Shown here: positions 35,692-43,482 of the stretch, one piece after another
Layout of the letters: each line of letters begins with the position of its first letter
Numbering within the stretch: position 1 is the stretch's first letter
DNA from: Lachnospiraceae bacterium
Lineage (GTDB): Bacteria; Bacillota; Clostridia; Lachnospirales; Lachnospiraceae
NCBI GenBank assembly: GCA_014804615.1
Contig: JAAUZL010000024.1
Span: 49,800-113,799, forward strand
Direction: 5' to 3'
DNA length: 64,000 bases
Made by a program: the position numbers and the translations under genes
Notes under the pieces: generated by a model
The model's database searches: none
Told to the model about the DNA's origin: nothing
The model's input: only the letters and a program-made list of their open reading frames with translations

Positions 35692-37026
35692 TTAAAATTT
35701 ATTCAGATATTCGTTGATTTCCCAATCTGTAACCTGTCTGCGATAGCGGTTCCATTCCTCCTTTTTCAAGGCGATATATTTTTCAAAAATATGATCTCCC
35801 AGCGTCTCCCGCATAAAGGCATCCTCTTCCATACAGGAGACAGCCTCCATCAGCGTGCCGGGAAGCTCCTCAATCCCACGCGTATGCCGCTCTTCTGCAT
35901 TCATCTTAAAGATATTGCAGTCTACATCCTCCGGCGGATCGATCTTGTTTTTGATTCCATCCAGCCCTGCCCGCAGGATCGCCGCCAGCGCCAGATAGGG
36001 ATTGGCCGTCGGATCGGGACTGCGCAGTTCCATCCGTGCGCCGTCTCCTCCGAATGCCGGAATACGGATCAGGGGGCTTCTGTTTGCAGCGCTCCAGGCA
36101 ATATACACCGGCGCCCCATACCCTGGCACAAGTCTTTTATAAGAATTTACAATGGGATTTGTGACCGCCGTCATGCTCCGTATATGCTTCATGATACCGC
36201 CCAGAAAATAGTACGCCTCATCGCTCAGTCCCAGCCGGCCCTTCTCATCCGCAAAGAAATTCTTTCCCTCTCTGAGCAGGGACATGTTGATATGCATACC
36301 GGATCCGTTCATGCCGGCCTTCGGCTTTGGCATAAAAGTGGCATGCAGGCCGTGTCTTCTGGCGATGGTCTTGACCGCCATCTTAAAGGTCATGATGTTG
36401 TCCGCTGTAGCCATAGCATCGTCGAATCGGAAGCTGATCTCGTGCTGTGCCGGCGCCACATCGTGATGGGACGCCTCCACCACAAACCCCATATCCTCCA
36501 GAGTCAGTACCATATCCCGCCTCGCATTTTCACCAAAATCTATGGGGCCCACATCAAAATATCCCGCATTTTCATGGGTCACTGTCGTGGGCATTCCATT
36601 CTCATCCAAATGAAAGAGGAAAAATTCACATTCTGCGCCTGCACGGAAAGTCAGCCCCATATCCTCCGCCTCTTTGACCGCTCTTTTCAGGACATAGCGC
36701 GGATCTCCTTCAAAGGGCGTCCGGTCGGAACGATATACATCGCAGATCAGCCGCGCCACCTTGCCCTGCTGAGGCCTCCAGGGGAAAATCTCCAACGTGC
36801 TGTAATCGGGATGCAGATACATATCCGATTCCTCCACGTCTGTAAAGCCCTCGATCGAGGAGCCGTCAAACTTACACTCATTGTCGAGCGCTTTTTCCAG
36901 CTGGCTCGCCGTCACCGCCACATTCTTCAGATTGCCGAAAATGTCCGTGAACTGCAGCCTGATGAACTCCACGTCCTCCTCCTCGACCAGCTTTATAATA
37001 TCCTGCTTCCGATAGTCTTTTCTCAT
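35692..37026 (-). CDS. glnA: type I glutamine synthetase
   Basis: DIIKLVEEEDVEFIRLQFTDIFGNLKNV...FDGSSIEGF...MHINMSL...NSYKRLVPGYGAP. Start moved to M31. Confidence 0.9.
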   Translation of the reverse strand: MRKDYRKQDIIKLVEEEDVEFIRLQFTDIFGNLKNVAVTASQLEKALDNECKFDGSSIEGFTDVEESDMYLHPDYSTLEIFPWRPQQGKVARLICDVYRSDRTPFEGDPRYVLKRAVKEAEDMGLTFRAGAECEFFLFHLDENGMPTTVTHENAGYFDVGPIDFGENARRDMVLTLEDMGFVVEASHHDVAPAQHEISFRFDDAMATADNIMTFKMAVKTIARRHGLHATFMPKPKAGMNGSGMHINMSLLREGKNFFADEKGRLGLSDEAYYFLGGIMKHIRSMTAVTNPIVNSYKRLVPGYGAPVYIAWSAANRSPLIRIPAFGGDGARMELRSPDPTANPYLALAAILRAGLDGIKNKIDPPEDVDCNIFKMNAEERHTRGIEELPGTLMEAVSCMEEDAFMRETLGDHIFEKYIALKKEEWNRYRRQVTDWEINEYLNKF

Positions 37027-37067
37027 GCGATACCTGCCTTTCCCTTGTCCTTCAGCGCAATACATAC

Positions 37068-37104
37068 AACAAGGGCGTTCTATCCCTATAAGAACGCCCT
37101 TGTT
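37068..37104 (-). promoter_or_regulatory. 14-bp stem-loop at the 5' end of the glnA leader
   Basis: AACAAGGGCGTTCT / AGAACGCCCTTGTT with a 9-nt loop. It begins a few nt after the predicted -10. An ACAAGGG copy recurs next to the RBS. Confidence 0.4.
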
Positions 37105-37111
37105 CCGTACT

Positions 37112-37141
37112 ATCATACCAAGTATTCGATTCTTTTGTCAA
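37112..37141 (-). promoter_or_regulatory. candidate sigma-A promoter of glnA
   Basis: TTGACA, 18 nt, TATGAT, with TGG giving an extended -10. Confidence 0.5.
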
Positions 37142-37234
37142 CTCCCCGGCCCTGCCCTTGTCACAAAAACAAACGCATAAACCTGAGCCGTCCCACATAA
37201 ACTGTTAAAAAAGAATCACTGTGGGGATATTTGT

Positions 37235-37711
37235 ATGAGTTCTAAGACCAAAATTGTCGTGCTTCATGTAAAAGAGTTAATATATACCGGCATCTTTGCT
37301 GCTCTCGGTATTCTTTTTATCATCCTGCTCATTATCATGTTTCTGCCCAAGGAGGAAAAGAAGGAAACCATGTCCACCGTGACGCAGTCTACCACGGACT
37401 CCTACGTGCCCGGCGTATACACGACCTCGCTGATCCTGAATGACAATGTGGTAGAGATCGAGGTGACCGTGGACGAAAAAAATATTAACGCCATCCGACT
37501 CGTCAATCTGGATGAGGCTGTCACGACCATGTATCCTCTCATCCAGCCCTCCTTCGAGGATCTCGCCGATCAGATCATCAAAAATCAGAGTCTGGAGGGA
37601 ATTACATACCCTGACGACAGCAAATACACCTCTATGATCCTCTTAGACGCCATCACCACATCGTTGGAAAAGGCTTATGAGAATGGGGATGAGGAGTCTA
37701 CAGCTCACTAA
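37235..37711 (+). CDS. membrane-anchored small protein, function unknown (weak FMN_bind-like pattern)
   Basis: TM helix IYTGIFAALGILFIILLIIMFL. The extracytoplasmic segment YVPGVYTTSLILNDNVVEIEVTVDEKNINAIRL is only loosely FMN-binding-domain-like. Confidence 0.45.
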   Translation: MSSKTKIVVLHVKELIYTGIFAALGILFIILLIIMFLPKEEKKETMSTVTQSTTDSYVPGVYTTSLILNDNVVEIEVTVDEKNINAIRLVNLDEAVTTMYPLIQPSFEDLADQIIKNQSLEGITYPDDSKYTSMILLDAITTSLEKAYENGDEESTAH

Positions 37712-39608
37712 GTTCCTGCAGCCAGATCTCGGCGCAGGCATCGGAAGGCATGCGCAGATCTCCTCTAGGAGAGAGCGCCACACTACCCACCTTAGGGCCA
37801 TCCGGAATGCAGGACCGCTTGAACTGCTGTGCAAAAAATCTCTGATAAAAGACCTTGAGCCACTTTAATATGACATCATTGTCATAAATTCCCGCAAAGG
37901 CCATGCAGGCCACCCTGTAGACCTTCGCGGGTGCAAAACCGCACCGCAGCATATAATATAAGAAGAAATCGTGCAGCTCATAGGGCCCCACCAGATCCTC
38001 TGTCTTCTGGGATATCACACCGTCCACCGGCGGCAGAAGCTCGGGGCTAACGGGCGTGTCCAGAATATCCAGCAATAAGTCTCTGAGCGACTCATCGCCG
38101 CAGGTGTCCGCATAGTAGCGCACCAGATGACGCACCAGCGTCTTGGGCACTCCCGCATTCACACCGTACATAGACATATGATCCCCATTGTAGGTGGCCC
38201 ATCCTAAGGCTAGTTCGGACATATCTCCGGTCCCGATGACCAGTCCGCCTGTCTGATTGGCAATATCCATCAGCACCTGAGTCCGCTCTCTGGCCTGTCC
38301 GTTCTCGTAGGTCACGTCATGGCAGTCTTCCGCCTGCCCGATATCCCGGAAATGCAGCTTCACCGACTCCTTAATATCCACCTCCCTCAGGGTAGTCTTT
38401 AACAGCCGTGCCAGTTTGCAGGCATTGTCATAAGTTCTGTCCGTTGTGCCGAAACACGGCATTGTAACAGATGTTATTTTATCTCGGCTAAGGCCCAGCA
38501 TATCGAAAGCCCGCACCGTCACCAGAAGCGCCAGTGTGGAGTCCAGTCCTCCTGATATTCCTAAAACTGCCGACTGGCAGCCCGTATGTTCATAACGCTT
38601 CTTGAGCCCGTAGGACTGAATCGACAAGATCTCGTCACAGCGTTTCTCCCGCTCTGCCGTCTGCTCCGGCACAAAAGGTCTGGAGGAGAACTGCCTTGTG
38701 AGCAGAGTTTCCTCCTCCTCCATATGGACAAGTAAGATCCCGTGTTCCCGCAGATTGTCCCCCTGATAGGTACTCATTCTGCGCCGCTCGTGGCAGAGTC
38801 TGTGAATATCCACATCAGCATAGACCGCTTCCGATGCAAAACGCTTTGCCTGAGCCAGCACGGTGCCGTTCTCCGCAATGATATTGTGACCGCCAAACAC
38901 CAGATCCTGCGTGGACTCTCCGTCTCCCGCAGAACAGTAAATGTAGGCGCTGATCTGCTTGGCGCTGGCAGTTTTCACCAGCATCTCCCGATAGACATCT
39001 TTTCCCACCGTCTCATTGGAAGCGGAAAGATTCACGATCACGGTAGCGCCCGCCAGTGCATGGATCATCCCCGGAGACTGCGGCGCCCAGATATCCTCAC
39101 AGATCTCACAGCCCACCGTCAAACCGCGCACCGCATCCACCTGAAACAGGATGTCCGTTCCGAAAGGCACCTCTTTCTCTTCATAATAGAAAGGCTCCGG
39201 CACAGTGTTTCCGGGTGTGAAATGTCTGGTCTCATAAAATTCCGCATAAGAAGGGACATACCGCTTCGGAATAAAAGCAAGCACCTCTCCGTCCTGCAAA
39301 ACAGCCGCCACATTATAGAGTTTGTCATCTTTGACAAGAGGCAGTCCCACGAAAACCAGCGCATCGCTCCCCTCCGTGGCACCCGCCACCTCCGAGAGGG
39401 CTTCCATGGCCCGGGTGAGCAAAAGCTCCTGTAAAAAAAGATCGCCGCATGTATATCCCGTAAGACACAGCTCCGGAAAGACAATGATCTTCGCTCCCCG
39501 CTCTGTGGCCTGCACGATCTCTTTACATATTTCCTTTGCATTGCAGGCAGGATCAGCTACCTTGATTTTGGGCGTCACCGCTGCCACTTTTATAAATCCC
39601 TGTTTCAT
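37698..39608 (-). CDS. nadE: glutamine-dependent NAD+ synthetase
   Basis: N-terminal CN-hydrolase domain (IIVFPELCLTGYTCGDLF, VGCEICEDIW) plus a C-terminal synthetase domain (GISGGLDSTLALL). Confidence 0.9.
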   Translation of the reverse strand: MKQGFIKVAAVTPKIKVADPACNAKEICKEIVQATERGAKIIVFPELCLTGYTCGDLFLQELLLTRAMEALSEVAGATEGSDALVFVGLPLVKDDKLYNVAAVLQDGEVLAFIPKRYVPSYAEFYETRHFTPGNTVPEPFYYEEKEVPFGTDILFQVDAVRGLTVGCEICEDIWAPQSPGMIHALAGATVIVNLSASNETVGKDVYREMLVKTASAKQISAYIYCSAGDGESTQDLVFGGHNIIAENGTVLAQAKRFASEAVYADVDIHRLCHERRRMSTYQGDNLREHGILLVHMEEEETLLTRQFSSRPFVPEQTAEREKRCDEILSIQSYGLKKRYEHTGCQSAVLGISGGLDSTLALLVTVRAFDMLGLSRDKITSVTMPCFGTTDRTYDNACKLARLLKTTLREVDIKESVKLHFRDIGQAEDCHDVTYENGQARERTQVLMDIANQTGGLVIGTGDMSELALGWATYNGDHMSMYGVNAGVPKTLVRHLVRYYADTCGDESLRDLLLDILDTPVSPELLPPVDGVISQKTEDLVGPYELHDFFLYYMLRCGFAPAKVYRVACMAFAGIYDNDVILKWLKVFYQRFFAQQFKRSCIPDGPKVGSVALSPRGDLRMPSDACAEIWLQELSEL

Positions 39609-40210
39609 ATCTTATGAGTCCTTTCTTATATCTGTCTTTAAACGGTCAAAACCGCTCATTGCCCTTTTCTGCGCTTCGAAAATTCATATTTTCCGTTATA
39701 TATTGTCTGTTATTTTAATGTTAACACCCGCTATTTTATATCGTTTTCCCCTTGTAAATACGGTATTTCTTCATTTTTCATCATTCACTGCTCCAAATCG
39801 TTGAAATTCAAAATTCCGACTGTATTTTTACGTTAAATCTTCTTTTGATTTTTTCCATTTTTAATCGGCAACAAAAATCAAGGGCTCCTTCCATTTTCTT
39901 TCCGTAACATACGTCTCTTTTACTCTCATCCATTCTCCCGTCAGAATCAGCTCGGCAACCTTTTCTCAAAACGGTTCCCTTTTTCTTTTCATAATCCCCG
40001 TTATCTTTTCTTCTCTCCGCCCCCGCTTTCTGTTTGCCCTTCGATTCCCTGCATTCTTTACTTTTCCCTGTTTATCAGCGTTTTATCCATGTGCGCTTTA
40101 AAATCACGCTCGATTTTTAATAGTTTTTCTTCTCATGTGCTCTTCCATTTGTCATCTCTTATTTCGTCATTTTCTGTTTTGATTCGCAATCATTAAATCT
40201 TGTTTTAATC

Positions 40211-41110
40211 TCAGTGTTTTGTCTTATTCTTTGTCCCGCTTGCTTTCACAAGCGCCTCGATCTCCTCCACTGGGAAAACATAGTTCTGATTGCAAAAATG
40301 ACAGTGCAGCTCCACCTCTCTGCCCTCGTCGATCAGCTCCTGCAGATCTTTTTTCCCAAGACTTAAGAGCACTTTCTCCACCCGCGCCCTGCTGCAGTCG
40401 CAGTGAAAGGACACCGGCAGCTTGTCCGTGACCGTAAGGCCAAACTCTCCCAGAACGATCTCCAAAAGCTCCTCCGGAGTATGTCCTGCCTCCAGCAGAG
40501 CCGTCACAGACTGGATCTGAGAAAGCTTCTGCTCCAGCCGGTCGATCACCTCATCCGATGTAAAGGGCATCAGCTGCAGGATAAAGCCTCCCGCCTGTCT
40601 CACGGTATTGTCCCGGTTCATCAATACGCCGAGCGCCACCACAGAGGGCACCTGCTCAGAAACGGCAAAATAATAGGTCAGATCATCCCCGATCTCGCCG
40701 GTCTGCAGGGCAATGGTGGAAGCATAAGGCTCCTTCAGCCCCATATCCTTCATGACACGCAGAACACCCGCACCAATCACACCGCCCACATCCAGCTTTC
40801 CTGCGCTGTTAGGCGGCATCATAGCCTGCGGATTGTCCGCATAGCCCTTCACATGCCCCGCCGCGTCCGCCGTCACCGTAAGCCCATGTACCGGCCCGTC
40901 ACCACTAATCTGGAGCGTCAGGATATCCTGCTCTCCTTTCAACATGCTTCCCATCATCAACGCGCCCGTCATAAGCCGTCCCAGTGCCGCTGTCACCACC
41001 GGACTGGTATCGTGGGCCGCCCTTGCGTACTCTACCAGTTCTCTTGAGGTCACCGCAAAGGCGCGTATCTGCGCGTCCGCCGCTGTGGCCCGCACCATAT
41101 AGTCTGTCAT
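40211..41110 (-). CDS. hslO: Hsp33-family redox-regulated chaperone
   Basis: MTDYMVRATAADAQIRAFAV...; C-terminal zinc centre CDCS...CHFC. Start moved to M13 (AAAGGAAA RBS). Confidence 0.9.
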   Translation of the reverse strand: MTDYMVRATAADAQIRAFAVTSRELVEYARAAHDTSPVVTAALGRLMTGALMMGSMLKGEQDILTLQISGDGPVHGLTVTADAAGHVKGYADNPQAMMPPNSAGKLDVGGVIGAGVLRVMKDMGLKEPYASTIALQTGEIGDDLTYYFAVSEQVPSVVALGVLMNRDNTVRQAGGFILQLMPFTSDEVIDRLEQKLSQIQSVTALLEAGHTPEELLEIVLGEFGLTVTDKLPVSFHCDCSRARVEKVLLSLGKKDLQELIDEGREVELHCHFCNQNYVFPVEEIEALVKASGTKNKTKH

Positions 41111-41129
41111 GCTATTTTCCTTTCTTTTA

Positions 41130-42431
41130 TCAAATGTCAACCGCATCTTCTTCTAATAAAAATTGCTCAATTCCAATATACAAGATACCATTATCATCAT
41201 GCCAAGGCATAATATCGTCTTTTACGACTACTATCTTCTTAAACGAATCCGCTACCCTCAGCAGTGAATTGATTTCCTGTGCCCTTTTCTCCTCGCTGTC
41301 AATAGACAATGCTGATTGAATATAATAACGCTTGCTTTCTTTGTTTGCAACAAAGTCAACCTCCAACTGCGTCCGTATCTTCTTTCCATTTCCATCCTGG
41401 CAATTATACTCTACCACACCCACATCTACATCATATTCTCTCACCCGTAGTTCATTAAAAATCACATTTTCCATAATGTGATTTTCTTCCTGCTGTCTGA
41501 AATTCAATCGTGCATTCCGCAGCCCAATATCCGTAAAATAATATTTGAGCGGCGTGTCCATATACTTTTTTCCCTTAATATCATATCTGCATACCTTACA
41601 CATAATAAATGCATCAATAAAGAAATCCAGATATTTACTAATCGTATTAGCATTGATGGATATGTGCTTTACACTTTGAAAGGTATTAGCCAGTTTTGTT
41701 GGATTTGTAAGAGAACCGACTGAGGAAGAAACAATATTCAATAAATCCTCCAGTACCATCTGTTCATTAAGAATCCGATTATGCTCCAGCACATCTGTGA
41801 GATACGTTTTAGCAAACAAATCCTTCAAATACTTGCTCTTTTCCTCATGAGTCTTCTTGGAAAGGATAAGCGGCATACCTCCATAGGTATAATACTGTCG
41901 CCAGGCATATCTCTTTTCACCATCAAATGCCGCATAAAATTCACTATATGTCAACGGATTTACTCTGATCTCATCTCCCCGATCCTTAAATTCCGTCAGA
42001 ATATCTGATGATAGCATCCGGGAATTACTACCAGTAACATACAAATCCACATTTCGTATTTTCATCAATCCCAAAAGAACATCTACGAATCCTATCTTTG
42101 CCGTTTCATCATCTACATAAGGATTTTGCATTTCAGACACTTTTTGAATCTCATCAATAAACACATAGTATTTTTGGCTCTTATCCATAACTTGCGCTCG
42201 TATAAAAGCATCCAATTCCATCGGGTTGCGATATCTCGCATTTGTAATTTCATCCAGTGCAAGTTCTATAATATTAGTATCTGATATACCGATTGAGTTC
42301 AAATATTCATGATACAAATTAAAAAGCAAATAGGACTTTCCGCATCTTCTGACCCCGGTAATTACCTTAATCAAGCCATTTTCCTTTTTTGATATCAGTT
42401 TTCTCAGATATCTGTCCCGTTTGATAACCAT
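41130..42431 (-). CDS. AAA+ ATPase of the AAA_14/DUF4143 (COG1373-like) type
   Basis: Walker A GVRRCGKSYLL and Walker B YVFIDEIQ. The C-terminal region is typical of DUF4143. Start at M13 (GAGGTG RBS). The gene is markedly AT-rich relative to its neighbours. Confidence 0.75.
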   Translation of the reverse strand: MVIKRDRYLRKLISKKENGLIKVITGVRRCGKSYLLFNLYHEYLNSIGISDTNIIELALDEITNARYRNPMELDAFIRAQVMDKSQKYYVFIDEIQKVSEMQNPYVDDETAKIGFVDVLLGLMKIRNVDLYVTGSNSRMLSSDILTEFKDRGDEIRVNPLTYSEFYAAFDGEKRYAWRQYYTYGGMPLILSKKTHEEKSKYLKDLFAKTYLTDVLEHNRILNEQMVLEDLLNIVSSSVGSLTNPTKLANTFQSVKHISINANTISKYLDFFIDAFIMCKVCRYDIKGKKYMDTPLKYYFTDIGLRNARLNFRQQEENHIMENVIFNELRVREYDVDVGVVEYNCQDGNGKKIRTQLEVDFVANKESKRYYIQSALSIDSEEKRAQEINSLLRVADSFKKIVVVKDDIMPWHDDNGILYIGIEQFLLEEDAVDI

Positions 42432-42442
42432 ACACACCTCTA

Positions 42443-42487
42443 GAATTATTTTTGCGGATATCCGCATTTTTTGTTCGAGTTAAGTAT
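42443..42487. repeat. 45-bp direct repeat, copy 1, containing the perfect 14-bp palindrome TGCGGATATCCGCA
   Basis: gaattatttttgcggatatccgcattttttgttcgagttaagtat. Immediately upstream of the ATPase RBS. Confidence 0.8.
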
Positions 42488-42519
42488 ATCGTATCCCACA
42501 CCGGAAATCAATATACCTC

Positions 42520-42564
42520 GAATTATTTTTGCAGATATCCGCACTTTTTGTTCGAGTTATGTAT
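42520..42564. repeat. 45-bp direct repeat, copy 2 (3 mismatches; palindrome degenerate: TGCAGATATCCGCA)
   Basis: gaattatttttgcagatatccgcactttttgttcgagttatgtat. 77-bp period relative to copy 1. Confidence 0.8.
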
Positions 42565-42570
42565 GCGCAT

Positions 42571-43458
42571 TCATCTTTCTACTTTCTGATTCGCCGCCGT
42601 CTCCGTCCCTTTGCGCGCCACCACATAGATCCGCTCACTCTCTCCGGTCACTTCCCCGTGGGTGTCCGCATCAATTGCCTCCACAAAGGACAAGCCCGCC
42701 TGCACCAGAAAATCCATCATCTGCTCCAGACGATAGCCCCGTTGATAGTGTACCTCCTGAAACCGCCGGAACCAGCCTTCTTTCTGCCCGGCCACAAAGA
42801 CGGTCAGATCATATTCGTTGATCTCCTCCGCTTCGTGATAATAGTTTTCCCAGATAAAGCTGCAATCCTCCCGGTTCTCTGCGATCGTGGCATCCCCGAT
42901 CACCTGGGCATACTTGTACACCGTATTAAAATCAAAAATGAAAAGACCCTGAGGATACAGATAGTTGTTGACCAGCCGGAAGGTTTTGATAATATCCGGC
43001 TCCTCCAGCAGGTAATTCAGACTATCACAGACGCTAATCACCGCCCCCACCGTGCCATAAAGCTCAAATTCCCGCATATCCTGCAAAAGATAAAGGATGG
43101 GAAGGCCCGAGCGCTCCCGCTTCTCTATGGCAATCTGCAGCATCTCCTGGGCATTGTCTATGCCGATCATATCATATCCCCTGCGGGCTAAAAGCTCCGT
43201 CAGCGTGCCTGTGCCGCAGCCCAGATCCAGAATGGTATTGCGCTCCTGAGCCAGATTTTTTTCCATGCACTCCGCGTCAGTCTCATCCTTTTCTTTTGTG
43301 ACACCAATGTCATTTTTGGCCGCCCCATGTTTCTCCAACAATGTCACCAAATAATCGCACCACTCTTCATAGGGCGTCTCATCCATCAATTCATCGTAAA
43401 CCTGCGCAAAATCCGTATATGCTTCCATGATAGAAAATCCTGCTCTCTCCTGATCCAT
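42571..43458 (-). CDS. class I SAM-dependent methyltransferase
   Basis: ILDLGCGTGTLTELLARRGYDMIGIDNAQEML. The true start may be M11 (MEAYTDFAQVYD). Confidence 0.75.
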   Translation of the reverse strand: MDQERAGFSIMEAYTDFAQVYDELMDETPYEEWCDYLVTLLEKHGAAKNDIGVTKEKDETDAECMEKNLAQERNTILDLGCGTGTLTELLARRGYDMIGIDNAQEMLQIAIEKRERSGLPILYLLQDMREFELYGTVGAVISVCDSLNYLLEEPDIIKTFRLVNNYLYPQGLFIFDFNTVYKYAQVIGDATIAENREDCSFIWENYYHEAEEINEYDLTVFVAGQKEGWFRRFQEVHYQRGYRLEQMMDFLVQAGLSFVEAIDADTHGEVTGESERIYVVARKGTETAANQKVER

Positions 43459-43482
43459 CCGCTTTACACAAACCGCTTTTCT

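Noticed and set aside
37027-37116. N-terminal extensions given by the ORF track
   Set aside because: The extension shown here is for glnA. The same applies to dapL, hslO, hisC, the ABC ATPase, carB, nhaC, the lipoprotein gene, the XRE gene and the AAA+ ATPase. Internal Met codons preceded by good Shine-Dalgarno sequences coincide with the conserved N-termini of the families. The upstream extensions overlap leaders or neighbouring genes and lack an RBS.
37027-37141. TnrA/GlnR box (TGTNA-N7-TNACA) or dual-hexaloop ANTAR target in the glnA leader
   Set aside because: No match to the palindromic box was seen around the promoter. Only one hairpin is present, and its 9-nt loop does not fit the ANTAR hexaloop rule.
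35791-37200. 469-aa plus-strand ORF
   Set aside because: It is fully antisense to glnA, whose product has unmistakable GS motifs. The translated sequence is Arg/His/Leu/Ile-rich low complexity with no RBS. This is a typical shadow ORF of a GC-rich gene.
39609-40210. Large structured ncRNA (OLE/ROOL/GOLLD-like)
   Set aside because: I could not find the long GC-rich helices or conserved boxes expected for these RNAs. The sequence is homopurine/homopyrimidine-skewed, which disfavors extensive self-pairing. It is kept only as an unexplained spacer in the findings.
42443-42564. Possible mini CRISPR array
   Set aside because: There are only two repeat copies and a 32-bp interval, with no cas genes anywhere in the window. 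The repeats are AT-rich with a central palindrome and sit in a promoter or 5' UTR position.
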